Source: an uncultured delta proteobacterium
GTDB taxonomy: Bacteria; Desulfobacterota; Desulfomonilia; UBA1062
DNA: 64,000 bases
Direction of reading: 5' to 3'
Assembly (NCBI GenBank): GCA_963798485.1
Contig: CAWCTR010000014.1
Span: 416,001 to 480,000 of the forward strand
The position numbers and the translations under genes are program-made. Shown in pieces: positions 40,401 to 48,259 of this stretch (positions within the stretch are counted from its first letter, which is position 1; every line of letters begins with the position of its first letter). The notes below the pieces were generated by a model. That model had not been told where the DNA came from and made no database searches. It saw only the letters and a program-made list of their open reading frames with translations.

Positions 40401-41897
40401 GGCCGAGCCGATGTCATACACCGTGTTGCCCGAGAGGAGCTTTGTAGTATCATAGGCGCCGATTGCATAATTGACGCCGCCCCCTGAAAAATCGACGTTT
40501 GACCCCTTCTTGGCAATGATGTCGCCGTTTGCCACGTTGATGGTGATAGCGCCACCCTTGGTGCTCTGGTCCTGGGCCGACACAGGCATGGTTGTGATGT
40601 TGCCGGAGGTGTCGCCTATGGAAGTCCCGGTCTGGGCATTGAAGCTGACATTCTGGCCCAGGAGAACGCCGTCCTTCTGACCAGTGTCGTCCTTGAGCTC
40701 TACACTGTTGAGCTGTGCCTGGATGAGATTTGCACCTGCAGGCTTGTCCTCGGTTACCCCTTTGGCGTCGATGGTGCTGCCGGCATCCAGCAGGACACGG
40801 TCGGTGGCATTGAGGCTGATTATGCCGTGCGGGGATGAAATAACCCCCTGGTGCCAGATGCTCTGCAGCTGAAGCCCCGGTTCATTTCTCAGACCGTCGA
40901 TCGTTATGTGCCCCAGAGGCTGGAAGGAATTGTCCGCAGTCTCCGTGGAAGTGGATATTGGGCAGATGGTTTGGCTCGATGGGCCTGTTTCCACCTCTTC
41001 CGTAGCGCGCAGCTCGATCTTGCCGTCATTCTTGAGGGCAACGATGCACTTCACAAGCCCGTCCTGGTTCACCGCCCTGCCGAAGAGCCCTGCAGATCCC
41101 CCGTCGGCTTCGATGGTCCCGGTTTGGGAATTGGTGGTTAGGCCGCTATTTTTCCCTGTGTCGTATGAATTGATTTGTATATCCCCGTTATTGTCCGCTG
41201 ACAGGGTAATATCCTGCCCTGCAGCAAGAACGATATGTCCCTCGGGTGAATTGATGGCTCCATAATTCTCCACCAGGGACCCGATCAGGTATACCGAGCC
41301 GAGCGCGTCTGTCTGGATCGTGCCCTGGTTCGAAACCACGCCCGTGGCATCGGTGTCCTGACCGGTGAAGTACAGTGTCCCCGATTCAAAATCCTTAAGC
41401 GACAGCATGAGGGAAGAGGCGATGAGCGAATGTACATTGACCTTGGAGCCCGGGCCGAAGAGGATGCCGTTCTGGTTGATAAGGTATATCTTCCCGTCTG
41501 AAGTCAGGTTGCCGTAGATCTGGGAAGGGTTGCTGTCATTGATGTAATTCAAGAGGGACCAGTAGGTCTTTCCCTGCTGGTCAAAGACGACCGAGGCCTT
41601 GGACCCGATGTCGAATGAATCCCATTGGATAACGGCATTCTGATCCGTCTGGTGGATAGTGAGCGTATTGTTGGCAGCAGCAGGGATTGCCGCATTGGTA
41701 ACGGCGCCTGGACTTGTGCTGACCACAGGCAGTTGGGTGGCGGCAGGTGTCTTCAAGGGAGCCGCCAAATTCCCGTAGAACCCCGGGATTGTCGGCCCTG
41801 CAGCATAGGTGAATGCAGGAAAGAAGACCTGGCAGACGACCTGGATGGCGGTCACAATCCGTATTACCTTTCTCAAGCGCCTGTTCACTCTCATCAT
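31482..41897 (-). CDS. Giant filamentous haemagglutinin-type TpsA protein (3471 aa) with C-terminal DUF3739
   Basis: Signal peptide; TPS domain (WDSFDIG, SQIYG, YLINQNGILFG); repeated G-x-x-I-D-V-S-G beta-helix motifs; C-terminal GDINAGRGSKT...GSGI...APAGIIDAGEAGI. Confidence 0.9.
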   Translation of the reverse strand: MMRVNRRLRKVIRIVTAIQVVCQVFFPAFTYAAGPTIPGFYGNLAAPLKTPAATQLPVVSTSPGAVTNAAIPAAANNTLTIHQTDQNAVIQWDSFDIGSKASVVFDQQGKTYWSLLNYINDSNPSQIYGNLTSDGKIYLINQNGILFGPGSKVNVHSLIASSLMLSLKDFESGTLYFTGQDTDATGVVSNQGTIQTDALGSVYLIGSLVENYGAINSPEGHIVLAAGQDITLSADNNGDIQINSYDTGKNSGLTTNSQTGTIEADGGSAGLFGRAVNQDGLVKCIVALKNDGKIELRATEEVETGPSSQTICPISTSTETADNSFQPLGHITIDGLRNEPGLQLQSIWHQGVISSPHGIISLNATDRVLLDAGSTIDAKGVTEDKPAGANLIQAQLNSVELKDDTGQKDGVLLGQNVSFNAQTGTSIGDTSGNITTMPVSAQDQSTKGGAITINVANGDIIAKKGSNVDFSGGGVNYAIGAYDTTKLLSGNTVYDIGSAPESITYDKVLGNYQQVYNRFGITETYSGIYFGGGSSIKDYATGFSQGDDAGTLTLIAPHIAFEGTMKGSAVPGIFQTQASDPLNTSGNSKVLAGSNMEPSGGTLIMGSDYTLRDGAISDIQAADHKLGDVVISQDFTRLPDDFGVDSKSNPYPVERQGVSYLSPDTLNNALLKTIQINSNTVVTLERGADLTLCPGGEIDIKARSIEDFAGIRAPSGSIKFTLEENQTYLKGLTNFDTEEVNDNPDYRDIRQQIYIGGTLDVSGLSIDNSQTGSMDTGLRPTGNTTGGTISLQDKTEEGKGVLITKDARVDVSGGYAIAQNGTITGGNAGKLSIQGSALVLDGDIRGYSLAGSNGGTIELHAPDIAVTDSPLDTLDKDKYKPGTVNLWEHRLDDTGFTQVALYSLHDLKFGSDDDPVILKPSLVKMITPTPAGGNGGVDNYNAMEEASSGELKQKGLFTIDPMYLGSSSISLNAGQPLDIPLQKPTSSSSNIIDLSATIDIPEKSSIQSAPGGAITLNAPRIEIAGSLSSPAGTITAVSNESSGTFLGDPDSEVQGLHIASTAVISAAGYNMQNLKAPAKGLETTMTPVNAGVVDLEAKNSNTDHYGDLTIDKGATIDVSGSQPTPYTITKNDGTISSINIASDPGTVKLSSYGELDNKGTLMAGARLDGLKGGTLIISKTNDVDPVTGNLNVTTDDINGYVSSGFDDITLASRFSLDISRTQADDITDTAIARALTLDAPVISGTQDISLKAPMITLTNSYYPYQPSENTSTGQETAPAAPAGSLALSGDFIDVTGSVKLEGFKDVGLTATHDIRLSDTRYSTPLNHDSTQQPTVIDGSLQIPGDLTLTADRIYPTTRSAFSIDALGYTDDKGDILYGTVTTKPGQGITEGPILSAGGSLTIDARNIDHGGAIYAPMGAITLGNPDTNNTDKIYLDTGSTLSTKGQGLVLYGTLDANATSWTVPDKIDPSNTQLAQTATVPDKAISISAADEVIVKQGATIDTSGGGSIFSYVFQPGIMGSTDPLQQSAQYIIVPGLTLPGNAVKLNGAAGLPSGTYTLVSSKDHEEYAFLPGAYVISDLGVITTPGSFTSSTEGYPLTQGYQTIQGTSVLSPLAHTYSIRPASDVLKQGGYGTVNQGGYQAMELVGGDAGSISISGPTTVISGSIASQALAGTGYKSGSLTLASEDNEVVKSPVLLPEDFTYDSTVSSAAPDYDGKCTVSAEGLNSSGIGEITVGDITKTKTVDLQNGAVLTANKVSLNAADSITLASGSGIEATGTGGAASLNTYNGNITISQGASVHATDTINIQAGSLDLQGTCKVDNGALNLTSQRIFVTPDGFQSAQTGGLYLSDKLTGFQGVSSLSLKGTQDVVFEGAVDLETGTELDIDAPRIVHDHAAGDSSLVKMGSKTITLKNTSIADPDNPDPNSDAGNTDTALLTVSADQMSIGHGDMIMNGFGSVGIQCANDLTTMGKGSLSVDSLNNQAPDAVMNITAGRITTSFYRDPPTDTTDQGPYEAPQFSIDAGARPLAINGQKDYTLAANRALTPGGTLEITARSIDDAGIIEAPSATVKLTATGSDAADGITLENGSQILAQGTVQAAVNGTQVYTPGGAVALASGGGGFTGQAGSLIDVSAYKDGQGVYHGDAGSVVISTPNGNAALATTLNGIAGDAGLAGTFGLDANSINGGGGDVDLGALSKGLKGFTESISIRDRTENLKVNAGDTLSAKSVELTADTGILTIAGNIDAAGAQGGSVEINAGKIDLAPTGAIYANAQGTGTGRAGGEVRLATTGNSSNQDLQNDLTMEKGSLIDVSGSPQLTDNNGNVTTAAGTGGQVYLRADRTGIDTSNPGGTDVSMDLAGTVKGASRVVAEAVKVYKDTDNDYVTDPDTGAVNVVINANDIGYSGKYYQDTNKFMNSAAASGVKERLVSSLDLSGSDPDSFHLVPGIEIQSQGDITLSSTWDLSQSNKTKIGNKTVTWNWRFGGEPGMLTLRAGGNLNINQNITDHPTVFTSLTADTKMDSWGITLAAGADLASADTMAVISAPDTGDLNIGSKLVYTENAPLRFASGRDTIMQAYAGTTASYMINGSMKYNLATFDGDIKGEVGRDLLLTGSTQIQKGGAIQSAAGAIDLTVNGDVVMGTDGAIRTTGYMEPSPHYAYSSYWRFGNGGGINLKVGGDVKGGINPNAWDTGLSAYEVDDQGNIIVDADGNMTTPTWVASYADTNGLLQSTRGIATMGGGDLSIRTGGDFFAQAGTFGLNGESDLKIVSDNDINGRFLVKDGVCELNAMGNIGTDQQKMASTNNQNMAVEAFDTDVRLTAQGDIMLGSIVNPNLADPRLPTSGGLNDVFSYTEDAKVRITSIQGDVTITGKAGPYYNGDSTSTTNAQEMLPPTLEVEAGRDIDILQDLYLAPSLTGNLSMAAGRDISGAYTVGSGTGLTYCEAKIEMSDFDPQQVYGTAMPISLSIETSIDEGTGKPRYTTISTENTKAQVIAGDISRSASRDLIHEADHTSITIDAGNDIHDLRLYLPKMAQIEAGNDIRDTYIQGQNLHKNDVSVISAGHDIVMSTVDASGYGTGFLYGGPGTLIVQAGNSIDLGATQGIVSEGNYFELYSSQLGNQGCNLIVASGLDPATHPLDPAGVDQFFSQIKQAGIDYSTKLKDDPKGALDIVAETDKNIIEPFIGTVDTGSTATQGTDTTLAKGDIRMISSQITAKGTNSNISILSTGTMDVGRSDLTSDESTGIKTWKGGNIDIFSSKDVDVLQSRVMTLYGGDILIWSDKGDINAGRGSKTAVGRGGSDWTWDEDSGQLTQEYLPAATGSGIRTVTYSINDQTPSPEPGDAYIFAPAGIIDAGEAGIAAENLYIGAQQVRNTQNIQVSGVSVGVPLTNTNAGSLTALSGTSSLNESSQLSEEMSGISSSAAKSSAAAEESYVPKWVKVMVIGFGDDEQGQDNSGQGNDDQAKKKAKNQDKDK

Positions 41898-41910
41898 GGC
41901 TCATTCCCTC

Positions 41911-43638
41911 CTAGAACTGCCCTTTGACCAGGAAATGCAGTATCCGGTTGTTCTTGTCTGTCTGGTCCGTCTTCCTCAAGGCAAAGGCATAATCGGTCTC
42001 AAACTGGAAATATCTGGTCAGGCTCCCCCGCAGGCCTAGGCCGGTCCCGTAGATGCCCGCGCTTCTGTCCTGCTGGGGCAGCGGATCGATGGTGGTGAGC
42101 AGGGCAGCATCGCAAAAGAGGTACGGCGTCAGGTATGTAGTGCCCTGATCCGATCCTGAGGAAATATATGAAGTCAGCTTCGAGTATCCGGGTATCTTCA
42201 GCATCTTCATCAGATCCGGGGCTCGCAGCTCTATGGTGCCGTGCAGGGCGTTGTCGCCTGCCTCCTCACTTTCCTTGTATCCCCGGACACTCTCCATGCC
42301 GCCTGCCGTATACTGCTCATTGCTGATGAGCGGCTGGCCGCTCATCTGGCCGTCGACCTTGAGGAACAGGCTCGCATCTTTCGGCAGAGCCAGGTCGCGT
42401 TCCACGCCGAGCTTCGTGATGAAGTAATCGGCCCGCGCCATGTAGCGCTTGTCTTCGAACTGGCCCTCGCGGGTGCTGAACCCCCTGAAGCAGGTGCTCA
42501 TGCCGGCCTGGAACCTGGTTGCCCCTAATGAATCGGGCAGGTTCGAATTGTACTGGACGTTAAACGGCAGATAAGTGACCGGCGTCTTGATACCGCTCGG
42601 AGAGTCCTTCGTGCCCTGGGTCTCTCTCATGTGCTTGTAGTCAACGCCAAATGATATGCTGTGCGAGTAGATCTTGTAGAAAGGGAGCGGCACTGCATAC
42701 TGGAGCCCGTAGATGTCGCCTTTGCCGTTCACCTGGAAGCCTTCTCCGAATGCGGTCTGGCTGTCGGAGATCACCCCGTATACAGCCAGTATGTTGTCTT
42801 CGTTCCAGGGTGCCGGCAGCACATAGGAGGCGGCAAAGGCCTTCACCTCGTCTGTTTCCTGTGGTGACATCTGGTACTGGAGGCTGATGCTGTGGCTGCT
42901 CTGCCAGAGATTGTCATAGTGAATGACGCCGTTCAATCTCAGGTCGCTCGTGTCGTGCGTGGAACGGTTGTTCAGCTCGATGCTGCCGTGCAGGGGAAAA
43001 TAGTCCGTGGCACGCAACTCGACGTCCGTTGTCCCGAGCTCCTTGCCGGGCATGAGGATGGGTTCTATCTTGAGGTCGGAGGCGCTGTTCGCCTTGTTCA
43101 TTTCCTTCTGGACTTCAGGCACATAAAGGAGCTCGCCCCTCCTGAACGCCGGGAGCATTTCCAGGATCTTTTCCTTGGTATGGTAACGGTTCCCGGTAAC
43201 CCTGACATCTCCGATCTTGCTCTCGATGACCTCCAATGTCACTACACCCTCCTGCACATCCTGTGGGGGTATGTTCACAAGGACCGTGGGATACCCATCG
43301 TTGTGGTAGAGTTTTTCAAGGTATTTCCTCGCCTCCTCGACATCTTTAGAGGTCTTGTTCTGTCCTGTGTAGAAGTTGAGGCCTTCGATAATCCTGTCAT
43401 AGTCCAGCAGCGTGTTGCCCTTTACGATATAACCCTTGATCTCAAAGGCCGTCTCTTCCTCCTGTGCCGTATACCCGTCCCGGAACATGACAAGCAGAGT
43501 GAATACCACCACCACCAGGATCCACATGGTCTCCATGAACAACCCTGATTCTTCATCCTGTCTCTTATTGCCGTTACCAGCTGGATCCATGTCGGCATAA
43601 CCATACCTCTGATGCTTCTGAGATTTTATCTCCTTCAT
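41911..43638 (-). CDS. ShlB/FhaC/HecB (TpsB, Omp85) transporter
   Basis: POTRA domain (FEIKGYIVKGNTLL...YHNDGY...IPPQ...V.L.VIE), SVRGY loop-6 motif, C-terminal Phe. The start codon is uncertain. Confidence 0.92.
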   Translation of the reverse strand: MKEIKSQKHQRYGYADMDPAGNGNKRQDEESGLFMETMWILVVVVFTLLVMFRDGYTAQEEETAFEIKGYIVKGNTLLDYDRIIEGLNFYTGQNKTSKDVEEARKYLEKLYHNDGYPTVLVNIPPQDVQEGVVTLEVIESKIGDVRVTGNRYHTKEKILEMLPAFRRGELLYVPEVQKEMNKANSASDLKIEPILMPGKELGTTDVELRATDYFPLHGSIELNNRSTHDTSDLRLNGVIHYDNLWQSSHSISLQYQMSPQETDEVKAFAASYVLPAPWNEDNILAVYGVISDSQTAFGEGFQVNGKGDIYGLQYAVPLPFYKIYSHSISFGVDYKHMRETQGTKDSPSGIKTPVTYLPFNVQYNSNLPDSLGATRFQAGMSTCFRGFSTREGQFEDKRYMARADYFITKLGVERDLALPKDASLFLKVDGQMSGQPLISNEQYTAGGMESVRGYKESEEAGDNALHGTIELRAPDLMKMLKIPGYSKLTSYISSGSDQGTTYLTPYLFCDAALLTTIDPLPQQDRSAGIYGTGLGLRGSLTRYFQFETDYAFALRKTDQTDKNNRILHFLVKGQF

Positions 43639-43694
43639 CTATTTCCCGGCTTCCCCTCTTTTCTGTGTGAGCGTCTCTTGTGCATCGATTCCGT

Positions 43695-44906
43695 TCACTG
43701 CCCCGACGTGCAACCCTGCTGTTCCTGGGGCAATGTCAAAGAGGCTTTCGAGGTTTCTCTCTTTCCTGTCATGCCGTGTGCGATGCAGTGTATCTCGCTG
43801 GCGAGTTTTGCGGCGTTGCTGAACCCGCTGAGCTTTTTCACTACCGTCCCGTCAGGACTTATGAGCACCGTCAAAGGAAACCCCTCCTGCTGGTACATTG
43901 TCTTGTATTCTTTGTTCAGGTCCGAATCGATCTTCACCCACACGAAGTTTTCGGCAATGGCCTTGATCCTCGGGTCTACCAGGGTTTCATCAAAGTATTT
44001 TTTGCTCCACTGGCACCATGATGCATAGAGCACGAGCAGGACAGATTTGTGCTCTTCTTTGCCCCGGGAAAGGCCGGCCTTGTAGTCATCGCCCCAGGCT
44101 ATCTTCATGGCTTCCATGGCTGCCTTGGGTACAAAGGAAACAGCTTCAACCGTAAGGTTGATGTTCTTCCCGGCCAGGGGATTGTTCAGGTCCACAGTGA
44201 ATTTCTTGCCGTCACTCGAGGTGATGACCCCCTTTTTCCCATCTGCATCGAAATCGGCGCCGATCTGCGGGGTGAGTGTGACATAGATCATATCGCCTTT
44301 CACCCTGACGACAGTCTTCCCGAAGGGGCTTTGCGCTGTAAAGCCGTCTTTTGGCTGGTTCACGAGCACTGCCTCCTTCTCGGTCACCTTCTTCACCTTT
44401 GCCGGAAAGTACGGGTTTGCATTTACCTTGGCCCCTGCAACCGGGAGCTTGTTGAACCGGAATACATATTCACCCGGTTTCATGGTGAAGGCCTTCTTCA
44501 TGGTCTTTATGCAGTCGAACTGTTTGAAAAGATTCTTGTCTATTGACCCGTACGCATTCTGTGCCGGCACTGTTACGGTCCGTCTTTCACCGACGCGCAT
44601 CCCTGGGAGTATATCCTTGAGTCCGGGTACCGGGCCGTCTTCCCCGGCTATCATATCGGAAGGTATGGCACAGTCGGGCTCATCGTATCCCCTAGCCCTG
44701 ACCGTATCTGCCCCTGAGGCGGTAAGAGGTTCTGTCGTGTAGATTGTCTCACCGCTCTCGGTCCTTGCGGTTATATTGATAGTGACGAGGTCACCCTTTT
44801 GTATCTCAGTGCCCGTTGCCGATGCAGGCAGCCATCCGATGATGGACGGCAAAACCCAGATCATGGTTGTTGTTATTATGATAGGAAAAAGGCGTCCTGT
44901 TTTCAT
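43695..44906 (-). CDS. Exported FKBP/SlyD-type PPIase fused to a thioredoxin-like (CxxS) domain
   Basis: GMRVGERRTVTVPAQNAYG and VDLNNPLAGKNI; C-terminal YASWCQWS and GFPLT (cis-Pro). Confidence 0.8.
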   Translation of the reverse strand: MKTGRLFPIIITTTMIWVLPSIIGWLPASATGTEIQKGDLVTINITARTESGETIYTTEPLTASGADTVRARGYDEPDCAIPSDMIAGEDGPVPGLKDILPGMRVGERRTVTVPAQNAYGSIDKNLFKQFDCIKTMKKAFTMKPGEYVFRFNKLPVAGAKVNANPYFPAKVKKVTEKEAVLVNQPKDGFTAQSPFGKTVVRVKGDMIYVTLTPQIGADFDADGKKGVITSSDGKKFTVDLNNPLAGKNINLTVEAVSFVPKAAMEAMKIAWGDDYKAGLSRGKEEHKSVLLVLYASWCQWSKKYFDETLVDPRIKAIAENFVWVKIDSDLNKEYKTMYQQEGFPLTVLISPDGTVVKKLSGFSNAAKLASEIHCIAHGMTGKRETSKASLTLPQEQQGCTSGQ

Positions 44907-45766
44907 GGTTGCTTGTCCTTCTGGGTTTTATCGCCGGCACCTGTGCCCCGGGGCAGTATGGAGTCGATTTGCACATCGCACATGAGCTCTTCACCGCCGA
45001 AGGGATTCCCGTAGTCGATAGTGAATGTCTTTTCTGTCACTTTTATGATCCGGCCCACCTGGGACGCGGATCGTACAAGGTGACCCTCCTGTGCATTGGT
45101 CACGATGTCATAATGGTCGGGGTAATCTCTGATCACCCCCCTGCCGAACGGCTGGTCAACGATACGGCCGTCTTCCACATCGATATGGATGAGAGCCTCC
45201 TTGTCCTTTATATCTTTTACGGTACCCACAAAACCCTGATAGGAAAATGCCTGATCGCCTATGGCTGGGACATATCCGATCTTTTCTTTCAGGGCCTTCA
45301 GGGCCACCTTCTGTTCCTTTTCCCTTCGTACCACCCGGCCGAGGGTTGTATAGCGGTCCCCCTCCTTCAGATCGGAGGGGACATCGGACCTGAGTACGAT
45401 GGTGTTGTTTTCACCCACCTTCATGCCCACAATCGCCCGGGCCACTTGGGCCGCAACTTCCCACTCGAACATCTTGAGTTTGCCGAACCTCGGGTAGTTG
45501 TCCGGACCGCCCGCCACCAGATCTTCAGGGCCATATTTCTTGAAGGGAAGGAAGATGGCCGCTTGAGAAGCCTTGTCCCCGGCGATCTCTTCACGGGTGG
45601 TGAGCACAACTTCGCCGTTCATCAGGCGGCAGGTGTAGTTCACCATGGCAGTGTCTCCCTGCTTTACCCGGACAGGGCCGAATGATGAACAACCGCTGAG
45701 TGTCGATGCAATGATGATGGTTATCAGTGCGAAAGAAATAACATGTTCCTGTTTGTGCATCATCAA
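44903..45766 (-). CDS. FKBP/SlyD-type PPIase lipoprotein
   Basis: Lipobox LSGC; VKQGDTAMVNYT, GMKVGE and IDYGNPFGGEEL. Confidence 0.75.
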   Translation of the reverse strand: MMMHKQEHVISFALITIIIASTLSGCSSFGPVRVKQGDTAMVNYTCRLMNGEVVLTTREEIAGDKASQAAIFLPFKKYGPEDLVAGGPDNYPRFGKLKMFEWEVAAQVARAIVGMKVGENNTIVLRSDVPSDLKEGDRYTTLGRVVRREKEQKVALKALKEKIGYVPAIGDQAFSYQGFVGTVKDIKDKEALIHIDVEDGRIVDQPFGRGVIRDYPDHYDIVTNAQEGHLVRSASQVGRIIKVTEKTFTIDYGNPFGGEELMCDVQIDSILPRGTGAGDKTQKDKQP

Positions 45767-45807
45767 ACTTTCTTCCTTTTTTCATTCCGTATAATTTGTG
45801 CACTTTA

Positions 45808-45836
45808 GGGGAAGGGCCCGCGAGGAGCCCTCCCCC
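45808..45836 (-). other. Intercistronic GC-rich stem-loop without a U-tract
   Basis: Minus-strand RNA GGGGGAGGGC...GCCCUUCCCC, downstream of the PstS-like gene. Confidence 0.6.
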
Positions 45837-45867
45837 ACTGTATGTAACCTTGTTCTTTAAGCGGCGA

Positions 45868-47097
45868 CTACTGGCGGACCGGGTATGTTAAATCGGTGGT
45901 CTTCGTCACGCTCATCTCGCTGCTGGTTGCCCACCAGGTGTTCTCGGAGGCAGGCAGGTTGGCTGGATTGGCTGCGAAGTTGACCAGGTCATTGACCAGA
46001 CCGTTCATTGTTGTACCCAGGTTGTTCGGCCAGTACAGCTCCTGTGCTGACCAGAAGTCATACTGTCCCTCTTTGATATGGGTCCTGTCGCCGGTGACAC
46101 CCATATAGGGCAGCCGCGTGGCGCCGGTAAGGACCTGATCGGAGTCGGCATAACCAATAGCGCCTGACACTGTGGAGACGCAGGTCATCATCTGGCCGGT
46201 GCCGTCATTGAAATATGTCACAGGGGACAATCCGGCAAGATAGAGCGGGTCGGTGGGAAGGACCTCGGTGGTCACCAGGGAGTAATCGCCCCTCATGACG
46301 GCCGCATCAAGTGTGGCAACCGTGCCCGAGCCTGCATGCCTCATGCACACGACGATCGGCGTCGATGCCGTAGTGGTGTCCAGCTGGTTCCAGTTGGTAA
46401 CCTGTCCGGAGAAAATCTGAGTGGCCATGAGCCTGCTCATGTTGGTAATGTTGGCCAATTTGGTGTCGCTGCTGTTCTTGAAGAAGGAAAAGGGAACGAC
46501 CAGGGGTGATGCGTTGTAGTACGTTGCCGGCATGCTCAGGCCCGAGACGATACGATCGACCTGGGAACCGCCTGCAGGGCCGTTGGCCAGCCCGTGGCTC
46601 TCCTGGTTGAATGTCTCTGCCTTCACATCGGAAGCAGCTACGTTGATGGGCACGCACAGGTTGGCGGTTACGGTGTGCGCAGACCAGCTGGCGGTTGCCT
46701 GATTTGCCATCTGGCGCTGGGCGTTGTTTGTACAACCTGCAGTTGCGAAATCGTTCAGACCCTGAACGGCATCGACGCCGTCATAGGATGCCTTGGAAGA
46801 ATAACGCAAAACGAGCGTGTCATGGGTGCCGCTGATGCCGCTGCCCGATACACCGCCGAAGGCCGTGTTGCCGGCGCATACCGCGATGCCGTGCTTGTTG
46901 TCGGAAGAATGGGCCGTGTAGATATCGCCCGATGCGCAGCCCTTGGAGGCGAGGAACGCGGCGTCGGATGCGGTCCAGAAATTGTATTCTGCCGAGGCGC
47001 CGTACATGTTGATTTCGTAGCTTGCAGCATTTGCCATGCCGCCGATCGCCAGCATTGACACACCAAGGATCGCTGATTTCATATATTTATTAAACAT
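45868..47097 (-). CDS. Secreted PstS/DING-like phosphate-binding-fold protein
   Basis: Signal peptide ending ANA; YGASA, AASDV, IFSGQVTNW, RHAGSGT and GAIGYAD; 6 Cys; SD AAGGAG before ATG 47097. Confidence 0.75.
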   Translation of the reverse strand: MFNKYMKSAILGVSMLAIGGMANAASYEINMYGASAEYNFWTASDAAFLASKGCASGDIYTAHSSDNKHGIAVCAGNTAFGGVSGSGISGTHDTLVLRYSSKASYDGVDAVQGLNDFATAGCTNNAQRQMANQATASWSAHTVTANLCVPINVAASDVKAETFNQESHGLANGPAGGSQVDRIVSGLSMPATYYNASPLVVPFSFFKNSSDTKLANITNMSRLMATQIFSGQVTNWNQLDTTTASTPIVVCMRHAGSGTVATLDAAVMRGDYSLVTTEVLPTDPLYLAGLSPVTYFNDGTGQMMTCVSTVSGAIGYADSDQVLTGATRLPYMGVTGDRTHIKEGQYDFWSAQELYWPNNLGTTMNGLVNDLVNFAANPANLPASENTWWATSSEMSVTKTTDLTYPVRQ

Positions 47098-47145
47098 AGT
47101 GTATTCTCCTTTTTTTAGTATATTCATTCGGTTCAGTATGATTGG

Positions 47146-47919
47146 TTACGCGGCCGTCTCTGCGCCCTTCTTTTTCAGACCCACAAGACCAAGCAGCCCG
47201 GACCCGAAGAGCAGTATGCTCGCCGGGATCGGTGTGGCGGCAGTCGATTCGGCGACCGTGCTGCCGTTTGCATTGAGGGTGAGTATACCGCTGTAGGGGG
47301 TGCCGTTTGCGCCGGGAGCTGCGGAGACCAGGTTGAAGTGGTAGAGGTACATAGTTACGGAACCACCATTATCGAGAGCAGCAAGGCTGGCTTCGCCGAG
47401 TGCACTGGCTGCCGTATTAAGTCCTCCATAGTAGCCTGGGGCGGTTCCATTCGAATCCATCTTCTTTACATATGAATTCACATTGCTTGGACTGGCATCC
47501 ACGATCTGATTTGTGGTGCCGCCAAGTTGGGTGGCGTAGTATGTGTTGACAGTAGAGCCGTAGGCAGTACTAAAGTTAGTCCTTGCGTTAGGATTGATTA
47601 CCGGGGTTGTAGTCGCCGTGGTTGCGAAGTACTCCTGGTAGGTTGAACCGCTGTAGGCAAAGAACCCGACTTTCAGATTCGACCAGCTGGATGCCTGGAG
47701 TGCGCTGAGGTTGATGCTGTCCGCACCGGCAAGGGTCAACGAGCTTGCGATGGTGTCAAGGTTCAGGGTGGCGAGATTGCCGAGATCGATGGCGCGTTCA
47801 GCCGTTGTTCCGTTGTACACGACCTCAATGAGATCGTTGTTCGAAAAATAGGCAAAAGCCTGTGAAGAAAGTGCTGTCATGAGCACAACTGCTAGTATGG
47901 TTATGAAACTGGATTTCAT
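47146..47919 (-). CDS. PEP-CTERM/VPLPA-CTERM surface protein
   Basis: Signal peptide ending AFA; Ser/Thr/Asn-rich body; C-terminal TPIPASILLFGSGLLGLVGLKKK; strong SD AGGAGG. Confidence 0.9.
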   Translation of the reverse strand: MKSSFITILAVVLMTALSSQAFAYFSNNDLIEVVYNGTTAERAIDLGNLATLNLDTIASSLTLAGADSINLSALQASSWSNLKVGFFAYSGSTYQEYFATTATTTPVINPNARTNFSTAYGSTVNTYYATQLGGTTNQIVDASPSNVNSYVKKMDSNGTAPGYYGGLNTAASALGEASLAALDNGGSVTMYLYHFNLVSAAPGANGTPYSGILTLNANGSTVAESTAATPIPASILLFGSGLLGLVGLKKKGAETAA

Positions 47920-48259
47920 GTTTTTTACCTCCTCTGTTTTTTAGTGATGCCTGGTGTTTCTTTAAGTATGTTGCCGCCGAGGGATTCTTTATTTTATTTT
48001 GACTTGCCTCTCCTTGCCCTGATCACCCCCTTTCTTTCGGCTTCCGGCCGTACGCACTGTGTGTGCGGACAGAGTTAGGCCGTTCGTTTAAGAGGGCTTC
48101 CTGTTCCTTACTGTACGTATATTAAGGAATGATGGCGCTCGGTAAATTCAGAGCCGAAGAACTTCGATTCATTCCCCTTAGCTCATTCCTCATTGTGATT
48201 CTAAAAACTGATCAACGTAAGTCAGCAAAGTACCCTGTATGTATTTAATTGTGAGACGG

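Noticed and set aside
31482-43638. Contact-dependent inhibition (CdiBAI) or haemolysin locus
   Set aside because: There is no VENN/pre-toxin motif, toxin tip or small immunity gene. The C-terminus is DUF3739-like and is followed directly by exbB.
48020-48120. c-di-GMP-I riboswitch, suggested by GGCCTAA on the minus strand
   Set aside because: The GCAAA...GAAA...GACGCAAAG core is missing.
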